A DNA stretch of 64,000 bases from Vulcanimicrobiota bacterium (GTDB lineage Bacteria; Vulcanimicrobiota; Xenobia; Xenobiales; QWHO01). The stretch is taken from NCBI GenBank assembly GCA_039809865.1, contig JBDHVW010000023.1:14947-78946 (forward strand), read 5' to 3'. Both the position numbers and the translations under genes were made by a program. Of the stretch, positions 19,539 to 29,283 are shown in pieces. Below the pieces are notes generated by a model. It was not told the origin of the DNA. It did no database searches and worked only from the letters and a program-made list of their open reading frames with translations. Every line of letters begins with the position of its first letter. Position 1 is the stretch's first letter.

Positions 19539-21024
19539 GCCCGTAGGCGCGCGCGAGCCCCAGCAAGAATTCCTCGTGCTCGGCCTTGAGGTCGCCCTCG
19601 GCGAAACGCCACTGCCAGTTGTCGTGCGAACGTCCGGGGAAGTTCATGCGGCCCTCTTTGCCGACCTCCAGGACGTCCTGGAGGGGAACGACGGCGATGG
19701 AGGCCACGCTGGCGAACACGCCCCGCACGAGCGTGTGGGCCGCGTGGGAGCCGTCCGTGTCGAAATAACGGTGAAAAGCTGCTTTCTCGTGTTCACCGGC
19801 GGTCTCGTACCAGCCCGCCGAGGTGTCATTGTCGTGCGTGCCCGAGTAAGCGACGGCGTGATGCACGTAGTTGTGAGGAAGAAACTTGTCGTGGGCATCC
19901 GACCCGAACGCGAATTGCAGCACTCTCATGCCTGGATAGCCAGTGCTGTCGAGCAGCTTCTGAACGTCGGGAGTGATGAGCCCGAGGTCCTCGGCGATGA
20001 TGGGCACGTCGCCCAGCTTCTTGCGGACGGTCTTGAAGAGCTCCACACCCGGGGCTTTAACCCAGCGTCCTTTGCGCGCGTTCTTGGCCTTGCCGGGCAC
20101 TTCATAATAGGCCGCAAAGCCCCGGAAGTGGTCGATGCGCACGATGTCATACAGCCGAAAGGCCGCCCGGATGCGGTCGAGCCACCACGAGAAACCGTCC
20201 GCCTTCATCTCGCGCCAGCGATAGAGGGGATTGCCCCACAGCTGCCCGTCGGGCGAGAAGTAGTCGGGAGGGACGCCGGCCTGCACGGTCTGGCGCTTGT
20301 TCTTGTCGAGATGGAAGGCGTGAGGGGCGACCCAGACATCGGCGCTGTCCATGGCCACGAAGATGGGGATGTCCCCGATGACCTGGATGCCCTTGTCATT
20401 GGCATAGCGGCGCAGATGCTGCCAGGCGCGGTCGAAGAGCCACTGGAGGAAGCGGTGCCCGTGCACCAGTTCCCCATGTTGCTCGCGCGCCTTGCGCAGA
20501 GCCTCCGGGTGGCGGTCGCGCAGCTCCGGCTCCCACTCGTTCCAGGCCTTACCGCCGTGAGCGTTCTTCAAGGCCATGAAGAGCGCGAAGTCTTCCAGCC
20601 ACGCGGCCTGCTCGGCGCAAAAGAACTGAAAGTCCGCCTTCTGGGCGTGGTTGGCGCGCCGCTCGAACTCACCGGCCGCCCTGAGCAGGAGGGGAAGTTT
20701 CCATTCATACATCTGGCAATAGTCCACGCCCGGCGCGGTGAAGGCCGGAGGGTCGGCCAGCGCGGCCGCGTCCAACAGTCCCTCGGCGACCATCGTCTCC
20801 AGCGCGATGAGGTACGGGTTGCCCGCAAACGAGCTGAAGCTCTGATAAGGACTGTCCCCGTAGCTGGTGGGCCCCATCGGCAACAGTTGCCAGAGCTTTT
20901 GGCCCGCGCGTGCCAGAAAGTCCACGAACTCGTAGGCCGCGCGGTTGAAGCTGCCGATGCCATACGGGCCGGGCAGAGAGGTGGGGTGCAGCAGAACGCC
21001 GCCGGAGCGAGGAAATTCAGCCAT
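19531..21024 (-). CDS. malQ: 4-alpha-glucanotransferase (amylomaltase, GH77)
   Basis: N-terminus MAEFPRSGGVLLHPTSLPGPYGIGSF is classic GH77. The ATG at 21024 is preferred over the track start 21075. The antisense ORF 19519..21072 is rejected. Confidence 0.9.
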   Translation of the reverse strand: MAEFPRSGGVLLHPTSLPGPYGIGSFNRAAYEFVDFLARAGQKLWQLLPMGPTSYGDSPYQSFSSFAGNPYLIALETMVAEGLLDAAALADPPAFTAPGVDYCQMYEWKLPLLLRAAGEFERRANHAQKADFQFFCAEQAAWLEDFALFMALKNAHGGKAWNEWEPELRDRHPEALRKAREQHGELVHGHRFLQWLFDRAWQHLRRYANDKGIQVIGDIPIFVAMDSADVWVAPHAFHLDKNKRQTVQAGVPPDYFSPDGQLWGNPLYRWREMKADGFSWWLDRIRAAFRLYDIVRIDHFRGFAAYYEVPGKAKNARKGRWVKAPGVELFKTVRKKLGDVPIIAEDLGLITPDVQKLLDSTGYPGMRVLQFAFGSDAHDKFLPHNYVHHAVAYSGTHDNDTSAGWYETAGEHEKAAFHRYFDTDGSHAAHTLVRGVFASVASIAVVPLQDVLEVGKEGRMNFPGRSHDNWQWRFAEGDLKAEHEEFLLGLARAYGRA

Positions 21025-21193
21025 AGACTGACGGCATTTTTCCCCCGGGTCCGATCCCCTGCCGAGTGTTAACACTCCAGCAACATGCGGTTAATGACCT
21101 TGCCCCGGTCAGCTCATAGGATGCGCCCGAAAGAAGTCGGCAGTCAAAAGTCGACAGTCAACAGAGAGATAGGAACCAGGGGGCTTTCGAACC

Positions 21194-22282
21194 ATGAGCA
21201 CCGTTATCGCATATAATTCCGCACTTACCAATATGGCGCCGCCACGCGCGCGCCTGGTCTCGGCCCAGCAGACCGCCGCGACGCCCGTCACCGACGACGT
21301 CCAGCTGAGCGGAGGCAAGGCCGCCGAAGAGAAGCCGGAGGACAAGCCCGGCGTCTCCCTGGGCACGCAGATCGCCGCCGGCGTAGGCCTGGCGCTGGTC
21401 CTCACCGGCGCCGTGGCGGGCTTTACCGGCTCGATTCCGGCGATGGGCGCGCCCACCGCGATCACGCAGGTCCAGACTCGCGACGTGAAGGCCGTCGGCG
21501 ATGACGCCGCTGCCCTCATGAAAGACGTCGCCTCGCCCAGCCTGACCGACAACCTGACCGCCAACCAGGTGCGCAACCGCTACGGCAACGAGGTGGACGA
21601 CGTGCTGGGCCAGGCCAAGACGTTCGACCAGCTCAACGCCCATCTAGGGGAGGTCGGCCAGAAGCTGCAGGCCTACGCCGACAAGTTTCCTGAAGGTGGC
21701 TCGCTGGTCGAGAACGGCGCCCAGATCGGCATCGAGAAGGCGGACGGCAAGGTGACCGTCACCGTCCAGAACGCCGACGCCAGCGTGCAAGAGGCGGTGA
21801 TCAGCCGTCACGGCATCACCGTGAAGGAGCGCGACGCTCAGGGCACCACCACGACGCGGGAGGAGACAGCGCGCCAGGTCAAGGTCAACGCGGACGGCGT
21901 CACGATGACAGTCAACAAGATGACCGGGACCTTTGAGATGGCGACCCAGGAGGGCCCTCGCACTCAGATCAAGGTGACCGTCAGCGGCGCCTCGATCACC
22001 GAGCAGCGGCGAGAGACCATCTCGGGCTACGCCGGGATGATCTCGATCAATACGACCACCAAATACGACGTTCCGGAGACCTCCGTCATGGTCTACCCGC
22101 GCGTAGTGGTGACCGAGACCAAGACCACCGTCAGCGACGATGGTTTTGGCGCCAAGTCCACCACCAGCACCCGCACCGAGGTCTACGACAACGGCAGCAG
22201 CAAGACGTTCCAGAAAGGTCCCGACGGCAAGGAGATGATTCTCGAGTCGGACGGGCCCGCCATTCTGATCGCGGGACGCTGA
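21194..22282 (+). CDS. Hypothetical Thr-rich protein with one TM segment
   Basis: Non-biased composition. First gene of a co-oriented, tightly packed block ending at 28098. Confidence 0.5.
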   Translation: MSTVIAYNSALTNMAPPRARLVSAQQTAATPVTDDVQLSGGKAAEEKPEDKPGVSLGTQIAAGVGLALVLTGAVAGFTGSIPAMGAPTAITQVQTRDVKAVGDDAAALMKDVASPSLTDNLTANQVRNRYGNEVDDVLGQAKTFDQLNAHLGEVGQKLQAYADKFPEGGSLVENGAQIGIEKADGKVTVTVQNADASVQEAVISRHGITVKERDAQGTTTTREETARQVKVNADGVTMTVNKMTGTFEMATQEGPRTQIKVTVSGASITEQRRETISGYAGMISINTTTKYDVPETSVMVYPRVVVTETKTTVSDDGFGAKSTTSTRTEVYDNGSSKTFQKGPDGKEMILESDGPAILIAGR

Positions 22283-22295
22283 CAAACTCCAGGTT

Positions 22296-23699
22296 GTGAG
22301 GGTTTTTCAGCTCGACCTCCGCTCGTTGGCCATCCTCCGGATGGCCATCGGCTTTTTGGTGCTGTTGGATACCCTGCTGCGCGCGCGCGATCTCTCCGCG
22401 TTCTACACCGACGCCGGCGTCATCCCGCGCCTGGACCTGATCGAGTGGTCCTGGGGTGATCCGTGGCTTTGCCTGCACCTGGGAGGCTCCGGCTGGCTGT
22501 CGGCCGCCGTCCTGTTTGCTTTGACGGCGGCCGCGGCCGTGCAGCTGATGCGCGGCTGGCGCACGCGTTGGATGACGTTTGCCTGCTGGCTCTCTCTCAG
22601 CTCGCTCTACCAGCGCAATCCGCTGGTGAACGACCGCGGGGACCTGGAATTGATCCTCGTCCTCTTCTGGAGCCTGTTCCTGCCGCTGGGAGGTCGCTGG
22701 TCGGTCGACGCGCGCCGCGACGGAGCTCAGGAGGATCCGGTCGTGCTCAGCGCTGGCAGCGCGGCGATGCTCCTTCAGTTCGCGCAGATCTATGTGTTCG
22801 CGGCGCTGCTCAAGAACGGTCTTCCCTGGCTGCGAGGGGATGCCATGGAGCTCTCGCTGCGCAGCGCGCTCTTCTCGACTCCCCAGGGTTTATGGCTGAC
22901 CCGCTGGCCAGACCTGCTCAACACCCTGACGCACCCGGCCGTGGCCCTGGAGCTGCTCATCCCGTGCCTTTTGCTGTGCCCGCTGGCCAACGGTCAGGTC
23001 CGAAGCGTGGGGGTGTTGCTGCTTGTGGTGTTTCACACGCTGGTGGGGCTGTTCTTGCAACTGGGGATCTTTCCGCTCATCGGCGCGCTGTTACCACTGG
23101 GATTGCTGCCGGCCTGGTTCTGGGAGACCGTTGGCTGGCAGCGGCGGCTGGACCGCTGGTTCCCCGCCCCCGAGCGCCCCGGGCGGGCCGGGCGGCTTCC
23201 GGTTGCGGTCACGCTCTTCGTGCTGCTTTGCCTGGCTTACACCCTGGCCTGCAACCTCTTCATGGTGCGCGATCCCAACCCTCGTCTCATCCCCGACTGG
23301 CTGCGGCCCCTGGGCCGCAGCCTCCGGCTCGAGCAGCACTGGGATCTCTTCGCGCCGCTTCCCCCGCTGGACGGGTGGTTCGTGCTGCAGGCCGAGGTCG
23401 ACGGCCAGCCGGTCGACCTGTTGCGCGACGCCCCGGCCACCATGGATCGCCCGGCGGACCCCTCTGCCGTCTTTCCAGACCATCGCTGGCGGATGTTCAT
23501 GGTCTCGCTCCTTTTCGGAGGCGAGCATTTTCGGGGTAACTACGCGCTTTATCGGGCGCGCCTCTATCACCAGCGGCATCCCGAGGCTCATCTCGGTCGT
23601 CTGGAGCTGATTTTCGTGGTACAGTTAGTCGACGAGGACGGAATTCGTCTTGCTCCCCAGGTTCGTTCCCTGTGGAGCGGCGCATTTCCGACAAAATGA
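22296..23699 (+). CDS. HTTM-domain integral membrane protein (vitamin K-dependent gamma-carboxylase-like), paralog 1
   Basis: LDLRSLAILRMAIGFLVLLD...FYTDAGVIPR and ...NPLVNDRGDLELILVLFWSLFLPLGGRWSVDA match the HTTM pattern (D..SLA.fR..G, NH.YL...WSVDG of human VKGC). GTG start 14 nt after the previous stop. Confidence 0.75.
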   Translation: MRVFQLDLRSLAILRMAIGFLVLLDTLLRARDLSAFYTDAGVIPRLDLIEWSWGDPWLCLHLGGSGWLSAAVLFALTAAAAVQLMRGWRTRWMTFACWLSLSSLYQRNPLVNDRGDLELILVLFWSLFLPLGGRWSVDARRDGAQEDPVVLSAGSAAMLLQFAQIYVFAALLKNGLPWLRGDAMELSLRSALFSTPQGLWLTRWPDLLNTLTHPAVALELLIPCLLLCPLANGQVRSVGVLLLVVFHTLVGLFLQLGIFPLIGALLPLGLLPAWFWETVGWQRRLDRWFPAPERPGRAGRLPVAVTLFVLLCLAYTLACNLFMVRDPNPRLIPDWLRPLGRSLRLEQHWDLFAPLPPLDGWFVLQAEVDGQPVDLLRDAPATMDRPADPSAVFPDHRWRMFMVSLLFGGEHFRGNYALYRARLYHQRHPEAHLGRLELIFVVQLVDEDGIRLAPQVRSLWSGAFPTK

Positions 23700-23796
23700 A
23701 CTGATTGGCACAAAGTGTCCGGAAGGACATTACAGGCCGTCGCGAAATTTTAACAAATTCGACGTGGGATCTCCGAGTTCGGAGGAGGGGCCAGTG

Positions 23797-25590
23797 ATGA
23801 GCATAAGTTTGCAGTTCTGGCGCACGAAACGCGGTTTCGGGCTGGTGGTCGTGCTGGGCATCGCAGCCGTGCTGGCCATCTTCACCGGTGCTATCGGTGC
23901 CAACGCCGCCATGAACCTCCGCAGCGTCACGCACGAGAGCCAGACGGACCAGGCCCACTACGCGGCTTTCACGGGCATCCAGCTCTCGATGGCCTGTATC
24001 AAGGAGCCTCCGCCCGGACGTGAGGATTGGCTCGAAGTCGACCCCAGCATCGTCGTCCAACTGAGTGAGAACACCAGCTGCACCGCCCGCACCTATCACA
24101 ACCTCGAAGGCCTGGCGGGAGCGGTAGCGGTGGCCGACGATGGGACCAAAATCCCGGTCAACAACTTCTACATCGTGGCCGTTGGCACGGTGGCTCAGGC
24201 TGTCAGCGCCAGCAGCTCCTCGATGGGCGCCCTGGTGGCCCCCCTGTTCCCGCCCATCGACCACGCCGTCTTCGGTAATTCCGAGGTCCACGTGGCCGGG
24301 CTGGTCGACCACTTCAACTCCAACGACATGGGTACTGCTCCCGACCCGGACTGCACCGTGGCCCTGGCCCCGGTGGGAACCAACTCGATCAACCTCAGCG
24401 ATTTCGATCTCGGCCCGACCACGCACGTGGATGGGGACCTGCACCTGGGTGAAGGGGCGTCGGCCGCCGACGTCAGCGCTCTGGCCGGCGTCGCCGCCTC
24501 CGACATGGCGGGCGGCGGCGGCTCAACCACCACGGGTGGAATGACGAGCACGACGACCACCACGACGGGAACGACCACCGGGGCAACCACGGGAACCACG
24601 ACCGGAGCCACCACGGGCGCCGCAGCGTCCTCGGTCGACACCGGCACGATCTCGACGGGCACCGCCAGCAGCCTCCCGGCCCAGAAGCAGATGCCCAACC
24701 TCGCGGCGCCGACCGCCGCCAGCACCATCGTTCCCAGCACGGGCGGATTCAGCCTCAACGGCAGCCGCAGCTACGTCATCAACGGCAACCTGGTCCTGAA
24801 CAACGCAACCATCACGGTGAACGGCACCGGCAACGCGCTGCTGTTCGTCAACGGCAACATCAGCATCACCGACAGCCCCAACCTGACGGTTCCGATGCGC
24901 CCCGAGCGCCTCAAGATTTACTGCCTCGATCCCAACGGCACGTTCACCATGGTGAACAGCAAGGGCTACTTCGTGGTGGCCGGCAACGGGAACTTCAACG
25001 TCAACGTGGGTACCGATGCCGAGCTGTTCGGCGCCATCCTGGCCGATAAGGTCACTGTGAATGCGGGCAGCGCCGTGCACTTCGACGTGGCGCTGGCCGA
25101 CCCGACTCGCGTGGGCTCGGTCAGCGATTTCTTCATCACGGGTATCACCGCCGCCGGTGGTGAGGCCGTGCCGCACGCCGCCCTGATCGCTCCGGGAGCG
25201 CTGGCCGGAGGGGCTGGAACGGCCGCGGCCGCGACCGGAACGACCGGGACGACCGGGACGACCGGAACGACCACCGGGGCGGCCACGACCGGAACCGCCA
25301 CGACCGGAACCGCCACGACCGGAACCGCCACGACGGGAACGACGACCGGGGGCACCGGAATGACCGCCGGCGGGACCACCGGAATGACCTCTACCGCCGG
25401 GACCACCGGAACCACCGGGACCGCGACCACGGGAACGACCACAGGAACGGCCACCACCGGAACCGCGACGACCGGAACCGCCACCACCGGAACCGCCACC
25501 ACCGGCACGGCCACCACCGGAACCACCAGCACTTGCGGCTGCGGCTGCGGCTGTGGCGGCGGGAGCATGGCGATGGACATGGCCCTCTAG
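23797..25590 (+). CDS. Large pilin-like (GspK/PilX-type leader) secreted protein with Thr/Gly-rich repeats and C-terminal (Cys-Gly)4 tail
   Basis: ATG 23797 with GGAGGAGGGG 6 nt upstream. N-terminus MSISLQFWRTKRG|FGLVVVLGIAAVLAIF has a basic leader ending in Gly plus a hydrophobic helix and no Glu+5, as in GspK. Long TTTGATTG / TGTATTG runs. Ends ...TTSTCGCGCGCGGGSMAMDMAL. Confidence 0.6.
   Translation: MSISLQFWRTKRGFGLVVVLGIAAVLAIFTGAIGANAAMNLRSVTHESQTDQAHYAAFTGIQLSMACIKEPPPGREDWLEVDPSIVVQLSENTSCTARTYHNLEGLAGAVAVADDGTKIPVNNFYIVAVGTVAQAVSASSSSMGALVAPLFPPIDHAVFGNSEVHVAGLVDHFNSNDMGTAPDPDCTVALAPVGTNSINLSDFDLGPTTHVDGDLHLGEGASAADVSALAGVAASDMAGGGGSTTTGGMTSTTTTTTGTTTGATTGTTTGATTGAAASSVDTGTISTGTASSLPAQKQMPNLAAPTAASTIVPSTGGFSLNGSRSYVINGNLVLNNATITVNGTGNALLFVNGNISITDSPNLTVPMRPERLKIYCLDPNGTFTMVNSKGYFVVAGNGNFNVNVGTDAELFGAILADKVTVNAGSAVHFDVALADPTRVGSVSDFFITGITAAGGEAVPHAALIAPGALAGGAGTAAAATGTTGTTGTTGTTTGAATTGTATTGTATTGTATTGTTTGGTGMTAGGTTGMTSTAGTTGTTGTATTGTTTGTATTGTATTGTATTGTATTGTATTGTTSTCGCGCGCGGGSMAMDMAL
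25201..25562. repeat. Intragenic microsatellite-like tandem repeats: degenerate 15-bp ACCGGAACCGCCACG units and (TGCGGC)4
   Basis: Direct reading of 25260..25560. Encodes (TGTAT)n and CGCGCGCG. Confidence 0.7.
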
Positions 25591-25600
25591 GAGCCTGGTG

Positions 25601-26053
25601 ATGCGGCGCCGCGGACATTCGCTCCTCGAAGCGGTCGTGGCGGCCTCGGTTTTCGCCATCGTAGCGGTGGCCCTCACGGGCATCTGGTTCATGTACTACT
25701 CCGCCCTGTCCAAGTCGGCCAATACCCTGGCTGCCAATCACCTGGCCCGTACCGTGGTGGAGGGAGCCATCGCCAACGGCTACGACTGGATCGTCACCCA
25801 GCAGCAGCAGACCGACCTGGTCTACACGCTGGAGCGGCGCGTCCGCAGCCGCAGGGCCAACAGTGAATATCACGTCGATTGGGTGGCTATCACCAATGCC
25901 GGCCAGTCGATCACCACCATGCTCCCGGCCGAGGTCTGCCGCATCTCGGTTACGGTGAAGTGGAAAGACGATACCGGCAACCAGATCGATGCCGGTCCCT
26001 ACAATCACCAGGTGGTTTACTCCACCTGGATCTACCGGAGCGCGTCGCAGTGA
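25601..26053 (+). CDS. Type IV pilin-like minor pseudopilin (GspH/I-like, 150 aa)
   Basis: MRRRGHSLLEAVVAASVFAIVAVAL matches G|HSLLE with Glu at +5. Starts 10 nt after the previous stop. Confidence 0.7.
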   Translation: MRRRGHSLLEAVVAASVFAIVAVALTGIWFMYYSALSKSANTLAANHLARTVVEGAIANGYDWIVTQQQQTDLVYTLERRVRSRRANSEYHVDWVAITNAGQSITTMLPAEVCRISVTVKWKDDTGNQIDAGPYNHQVVYSTWIYRSASQ

Positions 26054-26745
26054 GGAAGCGCAGCCTCGGTATGTCCCTGATGGAGATCCTGGTCGCCATC
26101 TTCGTGATGGGGATCGTCGTCTGGGGGGCCTACGAGATCTTCCGGGAAGGCATTCAATACTTCAAGACCAATCAGAGGGCCAGCGACGCCCAGCGACACT
26201 GCCTCAACCTGCTGAGCCAGGTCTGCCTGCAGGTCACCAATGCCAAAGAGGAGCTCGTCAAGAACTACGACGCTCCCGGCGTGGTCCCCGGAGTCTGCTT
26301 CGCCTCGCCCCTGGCCGACGACGGCAAGGTGCACTACGACCTGACCAACGGCAATCAGGTCTTCTGGCAGAAGATCGTCTGCTATTACCTGGATACGACT
26401 TCCGGTAAGGTCTACCGCAAAATCGAGAAGATTCCCGACACGGTGGCGGGCGAGACGGGCAACAGCGACATGGGTCAGGTGGAGGCGCTGCTCGCCACCT
26501 CCACCACGAACTACTTCCAATCGCTCAACACCAACGCGGTCACCCTGATCGCCGAGGACATCGTGGCCTTCAAAGTCAGCGCCTACGATCCCGCGACCAG
26601 CGGGGTCGTGCCGGGGGCCGGGCCCAGCGCCGGCGCGGGCGGTGGACGCGCGTTCGATATCGTGGTGGAAGCCGGGAACCCCACGGACATGGGGCCCAAC
26701 GGCTACTACCTCAAGCTCGATTCCCGCGTCGCTCCCCGAGGCTGA
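26050..26745 (+). CDS. Type IV pilin-like minor pseudopilin (GspJ/PilW-like, 231 aa)
   Basis: GTG 26050 overlaps the TGA 26051..26053. VRKRSLG|MSLMEILVAIFVMGIVV. Confidence 0.7.
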   Translation: MRKRSLGMSLMEILVAIFVMGIVVWGAYEIFREGIQYFKTNQRASDAQRHCLNLLSQVCLQVTNAKEELVKNYDAPGVVPGVCFASPLADDGKVHYDLTNGNQVFWQKIVCYYLDTTSGKVYRKIEKIPDTVAGETGNSDMGQVEALLATSTTNYFQSLNTNAVTLIAEDIVAFKVSAYDPATSGVVPGAGPSAGAGGGRAFDIVVEAGNPTDMGPNGYYLKLDSRVAPRG

Positions 26746-28098
26746 TTGGCCGTTGGCGAACGTCTAAAAGCTCCGTTTACCCTGGATCTGCGGTCCCTGG
26801 CGCTGCTGCGTATGGGTCTGGGTGGGCTGGTCGTGCTGGACGTGCTGCTGCGTCTGCGCGATCTGACGACCTTCTATACCGACGCGGGCGTGCTGCCCCG
26901 GGCCGTGCTGCTGCGCCAGACGTGGCTCAATCCGTCCTATGACCTGTTCCTGAGCACCGGAACCACCGAGGGGATGCTGCTCCTGTTCCTGCTCGTGGCC
27001 CTGGCGGGTGGCTGCCTCGCGGTGGGCTGGCACACCCGCTGGAGCGGCCTGGCGACCTGGTATCTGGTCAGCTGCGTGCAACTGCGCAACCCCATGGTGC
27101 TGGACGGGGGCGACGATCTTTTGCGCTTGATGCTCTTCTGGACCCCCTTTCTACCGCTGGCGGCCCGCTGGTCGCTGGACGCGCGGCGCCATCCCGAGTG
27201 GCAACGGTTGCCCGACGGCTACTTCAGCGTGGCCACGGTGGGTTACGTGTTGCAGGTTTGCTGCCTCTACGGCTTCGCCGGGCTGCTCAAGTCGGATCCG
27301 GTCTGGCGCGTCACGGGCGACGCCCTCTACTACGCGCTCAGTGTCGACCAGTTCGCCACCGGGCTGGGGATGAAGCTGACCGCCTATCCCGGCCTGCTGC
27401 GCCCATTGACCTTTGGGGCCCTGGCGATCGAGCTGACGGTGCCGGTCTTGCTGCTCCTGCCCTGGGGCACGCGCTGGCTCCGCTGGCTGGCGCTCATCCT
27501 GGCCTGGTCGCTGCACCTTGGGATCGCGGCCACGATGCACCTGGGCCTCTTCATGCCGATCTGCTGCGTCTGCCTGCTCGGGTTGCTGCCCCTGCGCGGC
27601 CAGCCCGGCTCGACCGAGCCGGTTCCCCCGGCCTACCGGCTCGGCTGGGCCACGCAGACTCTGCTCGGGATGATGTGCGTCTTCATTCTGGGAATGAACG
27701 TGCGCAGCCTCGACCCGCATCCGCCGCGCATGAATCGCATTCTGGTCTGGGTGGCGGCGCTTTCTCACGAGGGCCAGGGATGGTATCTCTTTGCCCCTCA
27801 CCCGCTCACCGACGACGGCTGGTTCTGGGTGCACGGTCGCGGCGCCGACGGCCGCGAGGTGGACGTGCTGGGGGGAGCCGACAAGCCGGCCATGGTGTCG
27901 GCCCAGTTTGCCAACCAGCGCTGGCGGCGCTGGCTGCAGAATCTCAAAGAGGGCTACCCGGACCTGCGGGCCAGCTATCTGCGGCAAGTGGCGCGGACGC
28001 GCGGGTTGAGCCACGTGACGCTGACCTACATGGAGGAGCAGACCCCTCCACCCGGGGGGCAGGCCACGGTCGTGCTAAAAGTTCTTGATCAGCTCTAG
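26746..28098 (+). CDS. HTTM-domain integral membrane protein, paralog 2
   Basis: TTG start immediately after the pilin stop. About 50% identical to paralog 1 over the N-terminal 150 aa (LDLRSLALLRMGLGGLVVLD...FYTDAGVLPR...RNPMVLDGGDDLLRLMLFWTPFLPLAARWSLDA). Confidence 0.75.
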   Translation: MAVGERLKAPFTLDLRSLALLRMGLGGLVVLDVLLRLRDLTTFYTDAGVLPRAVLLRQTWLNPSYDLFLSTGTTEGMLLLFLLVALAGGCLAVGWHTRWSGLATWYLVSCVQLRNPMVLDGGDDLLRLMLFWTPFLPLAARWSLDARRHPEWQRLPDGYFSVATVGYVLQVCCLYGFAGLLKSDPVWRVTGDALYYALSVDQFATGLGMKLTAYPGLLRPLTFGALAIELTVPVLLLLPWGTRWLRWLALILAWSLHLGIAATMHLGLFMPICCVCLLGLLPLRGQPGSTEPVPPAYRLGWATQTLLGMMCVFILGMNVRSLDPHPPRMNRILVWVAALSHEGQGWYLFAPHPLTDDGWFWVHGRGADGREVDVLGGADKPAMVSAQFANQRWRRWLQNLKEGYPDLRASYLRQVARTRGLSHVTLTYMEEQTPPPGGQATVVLKVLDQL

Positions 28099-29283
28099 CG
28101 TGGGCAAGATGGCGCTGAGCACGATGAAACCCACCACCAGCCCCATCCCGGCCATCAGCAGGGGTTCGAGCATGGCCGCCAGGTCGGAGAGCGCCAGCTC
28201 GACCTCCTCGTCGTAGATGCGCGCCGCGTAGCGCACCATCTCGGTCAGGCCGCCGGTCTCCTCGCCCACGCTCACCAGGTAGATGGCGGCTCGCGGCAAG
28301 ATGGGCACGCTCTCGAGCGACTGCCCCAGGTCGAGGCCGTCGATCATCTGCTTGCGGGCCACCATCATGCATTCCTTCACCCAGGCGTTGCCCGAGACGT
28401 TGGCGGCGCGCGCCATCGCGTCCACCATCGGCATGCCCGCGTCGAGCATGGTGGCCAGCGAGTAGAGGATGCGCGTGGTGGCCATCTTCTGCATGACCGG
28501 CCCGAAGATGGGGATCTCCATCGGCAGTCGAGTCAGCGCGCTGTCGAGCCGGGGGTTGTTCTTCAGCCAGCGCCGCAGCCAGGGCTTCCCCAGCCACAGA
28601 CCCACGAGGCCGAGACCGCACAGGATCACGCCCGGGAGCATCCAGGTGCGCAAGGACAACAGCATTCGGGTGGGCCACGGGAGAGTCACCTTGAGACTCG
28701 TGAAGAGCGGCTGGATCATCGGCAACAGGAAGAAGACGAAGAAGAAGACGCTGGCCATCGACACCAGGAACAAGATGGCCGGGTAGGTGAACGTGGCCAC
28801 CAGCTTCTTCTGCAGCTTGAGATTCTTCTCGAGCAGGTCGGCCAGCCGGTTGAGCAGCTCCTGGAGCTGGCCCGATTTCTCGCCGGTCTCCACCAGCGAG
28901 CAGTAGACCTCGGAGAAGACCTGGGGATGGTTGCGCAGGGCCCGCGAGAACATCACCCCGCCGTGGACCCGCGCGGTGACGTCTTCGAGGATCTTGCGCA
29001 GCCCCCGGTCTTCCAGGCTCTCGGTGAAAAAGTTCAAGGCCCGATACAGGGGGATCCCGGCGTCGAGCATGGCGGCGAGCTGACGGGTGAAGGTGGAAAG
29101 CTCTTCCAGATTGGCTCTCGGGGCGCCTCGGCCGGGGATGAGCCCGCGAAGTTGCTGTTTCAGTTCTTCGGTCGGTGAGCTCACCTCTTGAATTTCGGCC
29201 CGTCGCGCCACTTTCCCTTGAAGGAAACCTTGGCTGCTTCGGCCGGTTGGATGCTTCATTCCACCGAAAGAGGTAGCCATCAT
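28075..29283 (-). CDS. Type II secretion / type IV pilus platform protein GspF/PilC family
   Basis: Two T2SSF-like repeats (LSTFTRQLAAMLDAGIPLYRAL...; LYSLATMLDAGMPMVDAM...) and 3 TM segments. Start ambiguous (ATG 29283, 29280 or 29259). Convergent 24-nt overlap with HTTM paralog 2. Confidence 0.8.
   Translation of the reverse strand: MMATSFGGMKHPTGRSSQGFLQGKVARRAEIQEVSSPTEELKQQLRGLIPGRGAPRANLEELSTFTRQLAAMLDAGIPLYRALNFFTESLEDRGLRKILEDVTARVHGGVMFSRALRNHPQVFSEVYCSLVETGEKSGQLQELLNRLADLLEKNLKLQKKLVATFTYPAILFLVSMASVFFFVFFLLPMIQPLFTSLKVTLPWPTRMLLSLRTWMLPGVILCGLGLVGLWLGKPWLRRWLKNNPRLDSALTRLPMEIPIFGPVMQKMATTRILYSLATMLDAGMPMVDAMARAANVSGNAWVKECMMVARKQMIDGLDLGQSLESVPILPRAAIYLVSVGEETGGLTEMVRYAARIYDEEVELALSDLAAMLEPLLMAGMGLVVGFIVLSAILPTLELIKNF

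Noticed and set aside
19519-21072. 517-aa + ORF
   Set aside because: Antisense of malQ.
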